DNA of 64,000 nucleotides. It comes from a virus. Positions 30,059-38,864 of the stretch are shown in pieces (the stretch's first letter is position 1; every line of letters starts with the position of its first letter). Both the position numbers and the translations under genes were made by a program. The notes beneath the pieces were generated by a model that was given only the letters and a program-made list of their open reading frames with translations, did not search any database and had not been told where the DNA came from. The stretch lies in the IMG/VR virus record IMGVR_UViG_3300032893_000012, positions 45,322 through 109,321 of that record. One strand, written 5' to 3'.

Positions 30059-30321
30059 TTGTCTTTTACCTTCTTGAACGTAATCGAACCGCCGCACCGA
30101 CATGCGTAAGAGATGGTCCAAAATGTTGACGTCGTTTCACCCATACCGACACTGACGATCGGTAATGTTTTTGCCTGCTCGAAAGAATATGCGTAAGCAC
30201 AGTTCGAGCACGTTACTCGAGGTCTTTCAAAGAACCTCACGATGCGTGCCCGGAGACGCCCCAATAAGGACGACTCCGGGATGAGCGTGAACACAAGCGG
30301 CCATTCGGCGCGAGGCATCAT
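30046..30321 (-). CDS. Small Cys-rich protein
   Basis: CSNC..CRCGG. Confidence 0.5.
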   Translation of the reverse strand: MMPRAEWPLVFTLIPESSLLGRLRARIVRFFERPRVTCSNCAYAYSFEQAKTLPIVSVGMGETTSTFWTISYACRCGGSITFKKVKDKCRS

Positions 30322-30327
30322 CGACGA

Positions 30328-31695
30328 TTACCTCAGATGAACGTAGTCGATCTGGCTCGTAGCAGGCAGCGTTGCCGGATTGATGGTCCCGCCGCCAATC
30401 CCGCCTATGGCAGTGTTGATAATCAAGAACATGGGCGTGTTCGGTACATAGCTAGCCGCAACTGTGCACGTCGTTGCGCCGTCGATCTTCCAGATGAGTG
30501 ATCCGGGCGTCCATGCGAGCGTGTAGACGTGAAAGTTCGCGCTCGTGTCAGTGGTCGCTGGACCGCATCCGTCATCATGGCCGTTCGAATGAAGCTGCTG
30601 GTTCACGTGGCCATGATCCCCGTTGAGGATTTCTGCGATGTCGATCTCGTCCGACCCGGGCGCTGGCCAGTTGCAGCTGCATTTGTTGTCCGCGCTCTCG
30701 AAGTTGGAAACCTGACAGTTCGCGCCGAGCAGCCACACCGCCGGCCAGGTCGTGCCGCCGGCGAGTTTCGCTCGGACGTCGAGCGTCCCGTAGGTGAACG
30801 AGAAGGACCGGAACTGCACGCCGCCCGAGGTGAACTGCGGATTCGCTGTCATGTTGTAGTTGGAAGAGAGAGAAAGCAGGCCGCCTGACGCGGCTACATT
30901 GTCCGGCGAGTAGAATTCGAGCTCCGCGTTGCTCAAGTCTCCAGGCCGATCGAACGTAAACCACTGAGTTCGATCGAGACTGTCGAATTCGTCCGACCAG
31001 ACGAGCGCGCCGCTAGATCCACCTGAACCTACTGTGCCGCCGGAACCGACCGTTCCGCCTGAGCCGACTGCTCCGCCGGATCCAGACGATCCGCCGGTAC
31101 CTGGCGCTCCACCAGATCCGGCGTCACCCGCTGTGACTACGGCGCCGTAGAAACCGGCCGTTGTGGGGCTCCAGGTCTGCCCACCACTCGGATACGTCGC
31201 AGGGAGACTCGAGAGACTCGTTCCGCTCGTTGTGCGAGAGATCGTGCCGCTCGATGCTCCGCAATAAACCGGTATACCGCCACTGCTAGGTCCTAGGAGC
31301 GCTAGCCAGTAACGCGTACCACTAGTCACGGTGACGGAAGGAACGGTCACGGTGTTCCAGCCAGCTACAGGTGAAGCGACTGTCCCGGATGTGAGAAGCG
31401 CAGTCGGAAGTGTTCCGCCTGAGTTGCTCGAGTAAAGCCCGATCTTGATTTGCGAAGCCCCGTTTCCGGAAGCAACACAAAGGCTCAACGAGTTGAGTGT
31501 CCCGCTCGCTGTCGCGGTGTATCGCCACGCTTCGGCGGAGCCTGCGTTGTTGTTGTCGGTAGTCGTATACTTCGTCGTGTCACCGACGAGCACTGTCGTC
31601 GATGTCTGACTCACCGTTCCGATATCGTCACGGGCAGACGGTGCGCAAGCAAGCGCCACGAGCGGCGCGACCAAGAAGGCAAACAGGGTTTTCAT
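30328..31695 (-). CDS. GH16 glycoside hydrolase lipoprotein with an N-terminal beta-sandwich and a Gly/Ser linker
   Basis: Lipobox ALAC; LVWSDEFD, WPAVWLLG, catalytic EIDIAE, FHVYTLAW, IDYVH. Confidence 0.9.
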   Translation of the reverse strand: MKTLFAFLVAPLVALACAPSARDDIGTVSQTSTTVLVGDTTKYTTTDNNNAGSAEAWRYTATASGTLNSLSLCVASGNGASQIKIGLYSSNSGGTLPTALLTSGTVASPVAGWNTVTVPSVTVTSGTRYWLALLGPSSGGIPVYCGASSGTISRTTSGTSLSSLPATYPSGGQTWSPTTAGFYGAVVTAGDAGSGGAPGTGGSSGSGGAVGSGGTVGSGGTVGSGGSSGALVWSDEFDSLDRTQWFTFDRPGDLSNAELEFYSPDNVAASGGLLSLSSNYNMTANPQFTSGGVQFRSFSFTYGTLDVRAKLAGGTTWPAVWLLGANCQVSNFESADNKCSCNWPAPGSDEIDIAEILNGDHGHVNQQLHSNGHDDGCGPATTDTSANFHVYTLAWTPGSLIWKIDGATTCTVAASYVPNTPMFLIINTAIGGIGGGTINPATLPATSQIDYVHLR

Positions 31696-33086
31696 TGGTT
31701 TCCTCTTTCTTTGAACCATTCTAACATTTCGTCGAATGACACGAGCCCGAGCAGTTCCTTACGATGCGTAACGAGATCGGTGTAGGTCTCTGCCGGAAGC
31801 GACGGGATCCCATCATCAGATCTATTTGGAATTACGATCGCCACACCGTAGTCTGCGTCGACGGTACGTACCATATGGTTTCCCTCGCGACGAATCCGCA
31901 CAATAGCCTTCCAAACATCGCCGGTCCACTCTCCCTGCACCTGCGGCACCGCCTGCATCGCTTCGGTTGAAGGGTTCGCGTCATGCACAACGACTACACG
32001 CGAAATATTGCAGGCACTCTCGATGTCTTGATAGGCTTGCTCGGAGTGGTGAAGACCGTCGACGAAAGTAATGTCGTATGGTTTCACCGCGAACCCGTCA
32101 AAGAACGCATCTGAACTGCAGCGGTAAAATACATTTGCGGCGGATGGCCCCTCGACAGCCGGAGCTGGGTCGACGCCTTCTTTCCACCGAATATCGACCT
32201 TTCGTAGCGTCTCGCCGGAACCGATCCCGATTTCGAGATAGCTCTTCGCGTCGATACGACTCGCGATGGCGTTAATGACGTCCCATCGGTAGATCTTTCT
32301 AACAAGCGTGCGCCACATGCCGCGGTGAGTTCTCTTCCGGAGCGAATAGGCGATCGGTGCACCATCGAAGGGAGTCCGGAAGAGAAGCGATTCGTCGCCT
32401 CTTGGGTCACCTCCCCACTTGCGTTCGAATTGCTCGAGGCCGCGACGAATTTGCTTCTGTGACTCGTCAGACCAAGAGCCGCGGACGGCGTGTTTGAACT
32501 CGGTCTTGACGAGCACGGGCTCGATACCACCGAGCTTCATGCGCCAGCGGTAGTCGGAGTCCTCGTAGTACGCGGGGTAGAACGACTCGTCGTAGGGACC
32601 GATCTTTTGGTAGAGCTCGGGCGAGTGGAGGAAGAGGCACCAGCCGCTCGCGTCGAGGCCGCCGTCGGCGATGACGAGCGGAGTCATCAGGGCTCTCTGC
32701 CGAAACGAGTCCGATTCGGTAGAGGCGAGCGCGCGGGTTCCCTCGTATTGCCCGACCAGATCCTGGAGCGTGGTCTCGCCGAGCTCGACGTCGTCGTTCG
32801 AGATGACGACGAGGTCTTCGGCCGCCTCGTCGAGGATTGCGTTCCACGCGGCGGCGACGCCGATGTTCGAGCCCGGTTCGAGGACGCGGACGGTCCTCCC
32901 GTTTGAGAGGGCGTGATGAATGACGGGAGAGCCTTCGAGCTTCGCGCGGAACTCGCCGCCGTTGTCGACGATGAGGTATCCGTCGAGCTTGTAGGTGGCT
33001 TCGGCCGAGGCGAGAAGACGCTCGAGGAGGTCGTAGCGCTTGAGGACCGGGACGCCGAGGAGCATGTGCCGGTGTTCCGTATCCAT
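31692..33086 (-). CDS. GT2 glycosyltransferase fused to a class I SAM methyltransferase
   Basis: IVDNGG, NIGVAAAWN, SNDD, YYEDSDY; then YLEIGIG, FVDGLH, VVHD. Confidence 0.85.
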   Translation of the reverse strand: MDTEHRHMLLGVPVLKRYDLLERLLASAEATYKLDGYLIVDNGGEFRAKLEGSPVIHHALSNGRTVRVLEPGSNIGVAAAWNAILDEAAEDLVVISNDDVELGETTLQDLVGQYEGTRALASTESDSFRQRALMTPLVIADGGLDASGWCLFLHSPELYQKIGPYDESFYPAYYEDSDYRWRMKLGGIEPVLVKTEFKHAVRGSWSDESQKQIRRGLEQFERKWGGDPRGDESLLFRTPFDGAPIAYSLRKRTHRGMWRTLVRKIYRWDVINAIASRIDAKSYLEIGIGSGETLRKVDIRWKEGVDPAPAVEGPSAANVFYRCSSDAFFDGFAVKPYDITFVDGLHHSEQAYQDIESACNISRVVVVHDANPSTEAMQAVPQVQGEWTGDVWKAIVRIRREGNHMVRTVDADYGVAIVIPNRSDDGIPSLPAETYTDLVTHRKELLGLVSFDEMLEWFKERGNQ

Positions 33087-33493
33087 TATTCTGGTTCTAT
33101 GTGTCGGTCGTTGAGTTTAAAATACGCTACCTCGACGGGTTCGCCGACCCAGTTTTTCCCGTCGTAATAGCGCGATGTGTTTTGTCCGTAAGGAAACCAC
33201 CCACTGCTTTGTTGGCATTCATCGCATGTACAACGGTTGCCCATGCTGCCGCCAACTTCGTGGCCGCCGTACATTCTGGCGCAGCGAGGACACTCGGCCC
33301 AGTAGTAACCGCAGAGCAAAGCATAGAGCCAGTTGATCGAACGAATGCGTGTCGGTAATTCATGCCCCTTCTCATGTTTTCGACGCTCTCCGATATTCTC
33401 CGAGTACCAACGCGCGGGGATCGCGAGCGCGATGTAGAGACACAAAAGCCCGAACGGTAAAATGAGAATAGCAGTGAAGATGTAGAGAATCAT
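33086..33493 (-). CDS. Membrane protein with a Cys cluster
   Basis: N-terminal TM; CPRC..GGHE..C..C. Confidence 0.55.
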   Translation of the reverse strand: MILYIFTAILILPFGLLCLYIALAIPARWYSENIGERRKHEKGHELPTRIRSINWLYALLCGYYWAECPRCARMYGGHEVGGSMGNRCTCDECQQSSGWFPYGQNTSRYYDGKNWVGEPVEVAYFKLNDRHIEPE

Positions 33494-33762
33494 TTGCGGC
33501 CCCTTTCCAAGTTCTCCCAATAGCGTATCAGACGGCAATCTCCGCGGTGTGGCCCCTCGCGACCGCCACCGCAATCGCAGAGCGACGGCTCCGGAGCAGA
33601 CGGCTTCGGCTTGAACGTCGCTTGCACCCAAATCGCCAGAAGGCCTGTGAAAATCGCTAGCGCTGCGCCTACTGTCACATCACGCAGCGCCCAACCTAGG
33701 TTGAACGCAGAGACGCAGAGCATGTTGATTCGAAACGCCTCCTGCACGTCCTTTTTGTTCAT
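33490..33762 (-). CDS. Small membrane protein
   Basis: ATGA coupling; two hydrophobic segments; CDCG..H..C. Confidence 0.55.
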   Translation of the reverse strand: MNKKDVQEAFRINMLCVSAFNLGWALRDVTVGAALAIFTGLLAIWVQATFKPKPSAPEPSLCDCGGGREGPHRGDCRLIRYWENLERGRK

Positions 33763-34571
33763 CGGGCCCCTCCGAGCGCCAAGAACCGTTCCCGCGCCTC
33801 CTCCGGCGACCCGTCCTTGAGTGCCTCGAGCGCCATGTGGGCGATCAACTCGTGGCTCCGCCGGACCCCGCTCCAGTTCGCCGCCAAGCTCGTGTGATCG
33901 GCGTAGTAGAGATCGAACTTCTCCGGGTGCTCGATAACGATCCTCCCCAGCATCATCTCGTCGGTGACGGCGAAGCCGAGATCGAGGCAGCGCGCCCACT
34001 CCTCTGAGATCCTGTCGGCTAGCCACTCAATCTCCGGCGCCCGCGCCGACCAGAGCCCTCCCCCAACGGGCCACCAGTGCCGCGAGTAGTAGACGTCGAG
34101 GTCCTCGCGGGCGTATCGGGGTACATGGGAGATCGACGCGAGGCGGATCTTGCCAGGGGCAGGGTCGCGCCGCGCGACGTCGAGCAAGCTGTCCTCCGGC
34201 GCGTGCGGAAGGCCAAAGTCGACCCAGGTGAAGACTTCTTCCGTCTGAAACTGTTCGAGGTTCGTCACCATCCGCATCCACCGATAGCGCTCCTTCATGA
34301 GGAGGAGGTAACGCGCCGTGTCCTTCGCGGGGTCGTACTGAAACTTCGACCGGGAGAGGAGCGCGTCGACGCGGGGAACATCGCTGAAATCGAGTCTCGG
34401 GGTCGCGACGTACACCATCTTGCGCTTTACCGGGAGGGGGAACGTGTCGGAGAAGTAGACGAGCGGCACGTCCTGGGAGAAGAGCCACTTGCCGCGCTGC
34501 ATCCACTCCTCGGTCGACGTGCGCCGCGGTTCGTGGTGGGAGAGATCGATGAAGCCGGTGACGAAGATCAT
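33759..34571 (-). CDS. HtrL/WlaTC-family glycosyltransferase-like protein
   Basis: IFVTGFIDL, Y..LMK.R, FTWVDFG, GGG.W.., TDE. Confidence 0.75.
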   Translation of the reverse strand: MIFVTGFIDLSHHEPRRTSTEEWMQRGKWLFSQDVPLVYFSDTFPLPVKRKMVYVATPRLDFSDVPRVDALLSRSKFQYDPAKDTARYLLLMKERYRWMRMVTNLEQFQTEEVFTWVDFGLPHAPEDSLLDVARRDPAPGKIRLASISHVPRYAREDLDVYYSRHWWPVGGGLWSARAPEIEWLADRISEEWARCLDLGFAVTDEMMLGRIVIEHPEKFDLYYADHTSLAANWSGVRRSHELIAHMALEALKDGSPEEARERFLALGGAR

Positions 34572-35353
34572 CCTCGTACCCGTTCGAGGACGAGCGCGTT
34601 CTTCAGGCGCTCCACCATCCGGAAGCGCCACCCGACGATCGCCTCCCAGTAGTGGAAGACGTACGAGTCCTCACCGTTGATGTCCTCGATCACGTAGTGA
34701 CCGCCAGGGGCCACGCGCGAGTGGAAGTTGACGAGCGTCGCCATCTGCATGTCGGGTCGGTGCCCGCCGTCGTCGATGATGAGGTCGAACGATTCGTCTC
34801 GCCGCCACGCGAAGAACTCGGCAACGGAGATGGCGTTGGTCGAGTCGCAAATCCCGGTCTCGATCCGCGGTTCCGAGAACTGCGTGTCCTGCTGCACGTC
34901 GAGCCCGAGTAGCGTCGCGTGCGGGAGGTAGTCCCGGAACGCGCGGAGGCTCCCTCCCGGGCGATAGCCAGGACCGTGGAAGCCCACCATCGTGCTGAAG
35001 GCGTGCTCTTCCAGCGTGCCGATCCCAATCTCGAGGAGGCGAAAAGGCTCGCGGCGCCGGGGTGAGAGGATGCGTTCGTACATCGGCGCGTAGCCGTTTC
35101 TGGCTTTGTCGGTGCCGTGCTCCTCGAAGAGATCGTGGAGCGCGATGGTGCCGGCGTCTTTCAAGGGGCTTTCCTCGCCTTTCGTCTTGCTTGATAGCAA
35201 TGCTGAGGCATCTTCTTTTCTCATTCCGGAGAGGAGCTCGAGCGCCTCTCGATCGCATTCTTGGCCACTTGCCGACAGGACTCCGCGAGCGATGATCTCG
35301 TCTAGGCCTTCCTGTTCTTCCTCATCCACTTCGACGAGCGTGATAGTGCTCAT
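34568..35353 (-). CDS. Class I SAM methyltransferase (sugar O-methyltransferase-like)
   Basis: HGTDK, LLEIGIG, GGSLRAFRDY, FDLIIDDGGH, GGHYVIED. Confidence 0.85.
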   Translation of the reverse strand: MSTITLVEVDEEEQEGLDEIIARGVLSASGQECDREALELLSGMRKEDASALLSSKTKGEESPLKDAGTIALHDLFEEHGTDKARNGYAPMYERILSPRRREPFRLLEIGIGTLEEHAFSTMVGFHGPGYRPGGSLRAFRDYLPHATLLGLDVQQDTQFSEPRIETGICDSTNAISVAEFFAWRRDESFDLIIDDGGHRPDMQMATLVNFHSRVAPGGHYVIEDINGEDSYVFHYWEAIVGWRFRMVERLKNALVLERVRG

Positions 35354-36402
35354 GCGTGTTTCCTTTTTTCGCCTAGTGGCTCCATCGCAATTTCCACACG
35401 ATTCGGCTCGAAAAACGTCAGGTGGGCGGAACCTCCTTCGTTCATACCAAAGCTCGCTACCAGCTGATCTCCGTCCCAACCAAGGCCAGCACAGAATTCA
35501 ATCCCGTCCAAGCGAGCGAAGTAAAACGGCTCGCTCACGGAAGTGATGCGGAAGTCCGAGTCGAATCGAATGAAGCGATGTAGATAGAACCGCTCGTTTT
35601 CGCGGTACGCCACCTCGTGCGCGAGACATAGATAACCCGCACCGAACTTCACCAGCTGCGAGCCCCCGCGGATGTCTGTCAAGCACACCGGAGTCTCGTG
35701 CCGAGCGACTTCGACGGTACGAACGCCATTCACGGACACCGCTATGGTCGGGTCGCACGTGTAAAGGAAGAGTCCAGAGCTTCCAGACACCGGCATCCAG
35801 TTTTTCTGGAGCAGATGCGCTTCGTAATCGCGGATCACCTTCACGTCTACGACGTTCCAAGCCTCGTCGAAGTAAAGGCAACCCATCTCCGAGCTTCCAT
35901 ACGGATCCCCGTGATCCGTGCCTGGAAGTAGGTTGCGCAAGCTTCCGGAGGCCCAGTACGATCCATCCGCGTTCCTCACCAAGCGGAGATCCTCGAAACC
36001 ATGCGCCCTGAAACCGTCGTCACACGCCAGGATTCCGGTCGCATCCCTGATCTCGGTGGCGCTCTTTACGCTCCAATTCGCGTCGAGCTCGACGACATAG
36101 CTCCGGGTGCGCAGGTTTCTGAAGCCGTCGAGCGTGAGCGGCTTCCACTTCGACATGAAGTAATTCACCGTACGCACGACGGACAGGCGACGTTCCTCCA
36201 AGCAGATCGAGGGATTGATGGGGAGCCATCCGTCGTCTGGAGACCACTCGATCTTGGTCGTCCGGGCGCCGAAGAGCTCGGAAGAGGACCTCGCGAAGTA
36301 GGTGAAGACGTCGAGGGCTTGGGACCTCATGACGGGACTTACGGTCAACTCTGCGAGCTTTTGGAGCATCTCTTTCGACGACTCACACGCGTTCCAGGGC
36401 AA
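35350..36402 (-). CDS. Beta-propeller glycosidase-like protein
   Basis: NPSI, GFEDLRL, QKNWMP, RGGSQ, YLHRF, IEFCAGL; paralogous to the C-terminal half of 38861..40978. Confidence 0.7.
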   Translation of the reverse strand: MPWNACESSKEMLQKLAELTVSPVMRSQALDVFTYFARSSSELFGARTTKIEWSPDDGWLPINPSICLEERRLSVVRTVNYFMSKWKPLTLDGFRNLRTRSYVVELDANWSVKSATEIRDATGILACDDGFRAHGFEDLRLVRNADGSYWASGSLRNLLPGTDHGDPYGSSEMGCLYFDEAWNVVDVKVIRDYEAHLLQKNWMPVSGSSGLFLYTCDPTIAVSVNGVRTVEVARHETPVCLTDIRGGSQLVKFGAGYLCLAHEVAYRENERFYLHRFIRFDSDFRITSVSEPFYFARLDGIEFCAGLGWDGDQLVASFGMNEGGSAHLTFFEPNRVEIAMEPLGEKRKHA

Positions 36403-36907
36403 GCGCGTTCGGACGACGGTCGAATGGACGGAAGCGCCATCCGGCGATGGCCTCCCAAAAATGGAATACGTATGAATCTTCGCGTTCGATGCCTTCGATC
36501 ACGTAGATGCCGCCCTTACGCACCTTTCGGTGAAAGTTGACGAAGGTAGCCACCTGAGCATCTTCGAAATGGTCGCCGTCGTCGATGATGAGGTCGAACC
36601 ACCCGTCTCGACGCCACGCGAAGAAGCGCGAAACTCCGAGGGCGTCAGTGGAATCGCAGGTTCCTGTTTCGATGCGCTCTTCCGTGAACCGTGCACTCGG
36701 ATCGATGTCGAGCCCAAGGAATGTCGCGTTCGGACAGTAGTCGCGAAAGGCCCTGAGGCTTCTTCTGCTCGTTCCGGCGCCGATCTCCAAGATCCTAAGC
36801 GGAGCGCGCTTTCGAATCGGATTGAAGATCCGTTGATACATCCCGGAATAGCCATTTCGAAGCTTGTCGCTTTCGTGCCGTTCGAAGATCTCGTCGAGTT
36901 CGCTCAC
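36383..36907 (-). CDS. Class I SAM methyltransferase, paralog of 34568..35353
   Basis: HESDK, ILEIGAG, SLRAFRDY, FDLIIDDGDH. Confidence 0.85.
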   Translation of the reverse strand: MSELDEIFERHESDKLRNGYSGMYQRIFNPIRKRAPLRILEIGAGTSRRSLRAFRDYCPNATFLGLDIDPSARFTEERIETGTCDSTDALGVSRFFAWRRDGWFDLIIDDGDHFEDAQVATFVNFHRKVRKGGIYVIEGIEREDSYVFHFWEAIAGWRFRPFDRRPNALALERV

Positions 36908-38487
36908 GTGTGCTTCCTCACTTCACGCATGGCCCAGAGGAGCTTCTCGAGCTCCGCATCGTCGAGCTCGCACTTGCCGAGTACATACGAATCCCAGAGC
37001 CGCGCCTCCGCGAGCTTCGCCACCTCCCAGTCCCCCGCAGCTACCGCCGGCAGGAGCAAGTTGCCGATCGGCGCGCCTGGGTTCTCGCGCACGCCAACGT
37101 AGTTCATGATCATCTGGGCATAATCGCCCGGATACCAGTTGAAGAGATCGGGTCGACGCGCGTGCACGAGCGCCATGATCTGCTCGTCGGCGTGTCCGTA
37201 ACCCGCCTCGAGCGCACGCACGAATTGCTCCTCCATGAGGGTCGAGACTTCGTGCATCGAAGCCCGATCGCCCGTGTAGAACCCGCTGCAGAACGTGCAG
37301 CCGCCGCAGGAGGACGCCGGATCAGCGCATCCCCCCTTCCCGTAGAATGCCGCGAGATCCGTCGGCGGGGGCTGGTAGCCGATGCGGCAGGTCGAGAAAC
37401 CGTGTCGCCGGCAAGCGAGCGCGTCGTCCAAGTACATGATGTTCCGGATCCCCATCCGCTCGACGCAGATGTTGATCCAGGCGTAGAACGGCGCCTCCGT
37501 CACGTCGATCGCGTGCTTCAACATCGCCGAGCGCGCCATACAGAAGAGGTAGTAGGACGCCGTGTTTCGGCGATCCCGCGCGCACTGGTGAGCGCCGTGG
37601 CGGTTCTCCCAGATTCGCTCTCGATGCTCGTAGAGAGGAAAATCCGAGAACCGTTGACAGACGACCATCGTTCTCGAGTGGAGAAACTGAGGACGCTTCC
37701 GCCACACGGCTTCTTCGAACTCCGGCTCCGTGAAGACAACGAGATCGTGCTCAGCGGCGAGCGTTCCGCTCGAGTGCTCCTCGAGATACCACGACGGCGG
37801 CCGCGACGAGAGCTCGGGGTTAGCGTCCGGTTCCTTCGTGAGGTCGAAGTATCCGGTGACGAGCGTCCAACCGGAAAGGTCCTCCGAGCTTGGCGCCTCG
37901 TTGAAGTAGATACCTTCTCGACCGTTGATGGAAACGAGTCCCGTTCCCGACCAGTGGCCAACGCTCGTAAGATCGATCTTCTGCCGGCGTGGGATTTGGT
38001 ACCAGACCTTCTCGCGGAGAGCCTTGAAATGCCAAACGTCGTCGAGAAGGACGATGCCCCGATAGCCGTTGTTTTGAAGCCACGAGAGGAACTCCGCTTC
38101 TCGCGTCCCCTCGTGCGGGTCGATGTCGAGGAGGATGAGCGGGCTCTTGAGGAGCTCTTCCCGAATGCGCTCGCGACCCTCGGGAGCCACGATGTCCCGG
38201 ATGAACCGGAGGATGTTCGGTTTTCGGTCGACGATCGGCGGGGCGTTGTCGGCTACGTCGTAGGTCACGACGGTGTTCTCCGGGTTGTAGGAGAGCGCGA
38301 TCGCGGAGGCGCCCCGGTGCGTCCCAATATCGAAGATCGTCCCCGACACCTTCGTCGAGAGGTAGGCGAGGAGCCGGTAGTGCTCGCGTCCGGCAGGCGC
38401 GTAGAACTCGGGGTTGTCGCGCGCGAAGGGGCGGAGTTCTTCGAGGGAGAAGCAGCGGACGTCGTCGGCGATGATTCGGAGGGTCAT
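36904..38487 (-). CDS. Methyltransferase + HtrL/WlaTC-like fusion
   Basis: EHYRLL, DIGTHRGASA, LDIDPHEG, LLDD; then TLVTGYFDL, YAWIN, GHADEQ. Confidence 0.8.
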   Translation of the reverse strand: MTLRIIADDVRCFSLEELRPFARDNPEFYAPAGREHYRLLAYLSTKVSGTIFDIGTHRGASAIALSYNPENTVVTYDVADNAPPIVDRKPNILRFIRDIVAPEGRERIREELLKSPLILLDIDPHEGTREAEFLSWLQNNGYRGIVLLDDVWHFKALREKVWYQIPRRQKIDLTSVGHWSGTGLVSINGREGIYFNEAPSSEDLSGWTLVTGYFDLTKEPDANPELSSRPPSWYLEEHSSGTLAAEHDLVVFTEPEFEEAVWRKRPQFLHSRTMVVCQRFSDFPLYEHRERIWENRHGAHQCARDRRNTASYYLFCMARSAMLKHAIDVTEAPFYAWINICVERMGIRNIMYLDDALACRRHGFSTCRIGYQPPPTDLAAFYGKGGCADPASSCGGCTFCSGFYTGDRASMHEVSTLMEEQFVRALEAGYGHADEQIMALVHARRPDLFNWYPGDYAQMIMNYVGVRENPGAPIGNLLLPAVAAGDWEVAKLAEARLWDSYVLGKCELDDAELEKLLWAMREVRKHT

Positions 38488-38864
38488 AACGGCAGGATCT
38501 CCGCCCAGTGCGTGGGCCATTCCTTCAGTCCGCAAGAGAAGTCCACCGTGTGAGCGAACCAGATGCTCCCATCTTTCGTTCCCTCGTACCTCTTCGGCGT
38601 CCAATTGACGACCCGCACTGCACCGTCCTTCCAGCGCCCCAGGACAACTTTCCCGGGTTCTGGCTCTCGCTCCTCGACGGCTACCCACGATTCTACAGAA
38701 CCGCCAATTCTGTGGAGTTCGACGACGACGAACCCATCGTCTTCCTTGCCGTCGTCAGTAAGAGCCAACCCGTGCGGCTCGAGGAGTTCTGCAACGCCGT
38801 CGATCACATCCTCGATGTGCGAGCGATGACCAAACTCAACTGAGCCCAATAGTTTCTTGCTCAT
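38484..38864 (-). CDS. DUF551-like phage protein
   Basis: WVAVEEREPE..PTHW. Confidence 0.6.
   Translation of the reverse strand: MSKKLLGSVEFGHRSHIEDVIDGVAELLEPHGLALTDDGKEDDGFVVVELHRIGGSVESWVAVEEREPEPGKVVLGRWKDGAVRVVNWTPKRYEGTKDGSIWFAHTVDFSCGLKEWPTHWAEILPL

Noticed and set aside
34568-36907. Diversity-generating retroelement TR/VR pair from the duplicated methyltransferase segments
   Set aside because: Differences are not adenine-specific, both copies are coding, and no reverse transcriptase is present
36910-38553. 547-aa plus-strand ORF (likewise 39362..40366 and 59893..60837)
   Set aside because: Antisense shadows of well-supported genes in GC-rich DNA; no motifs
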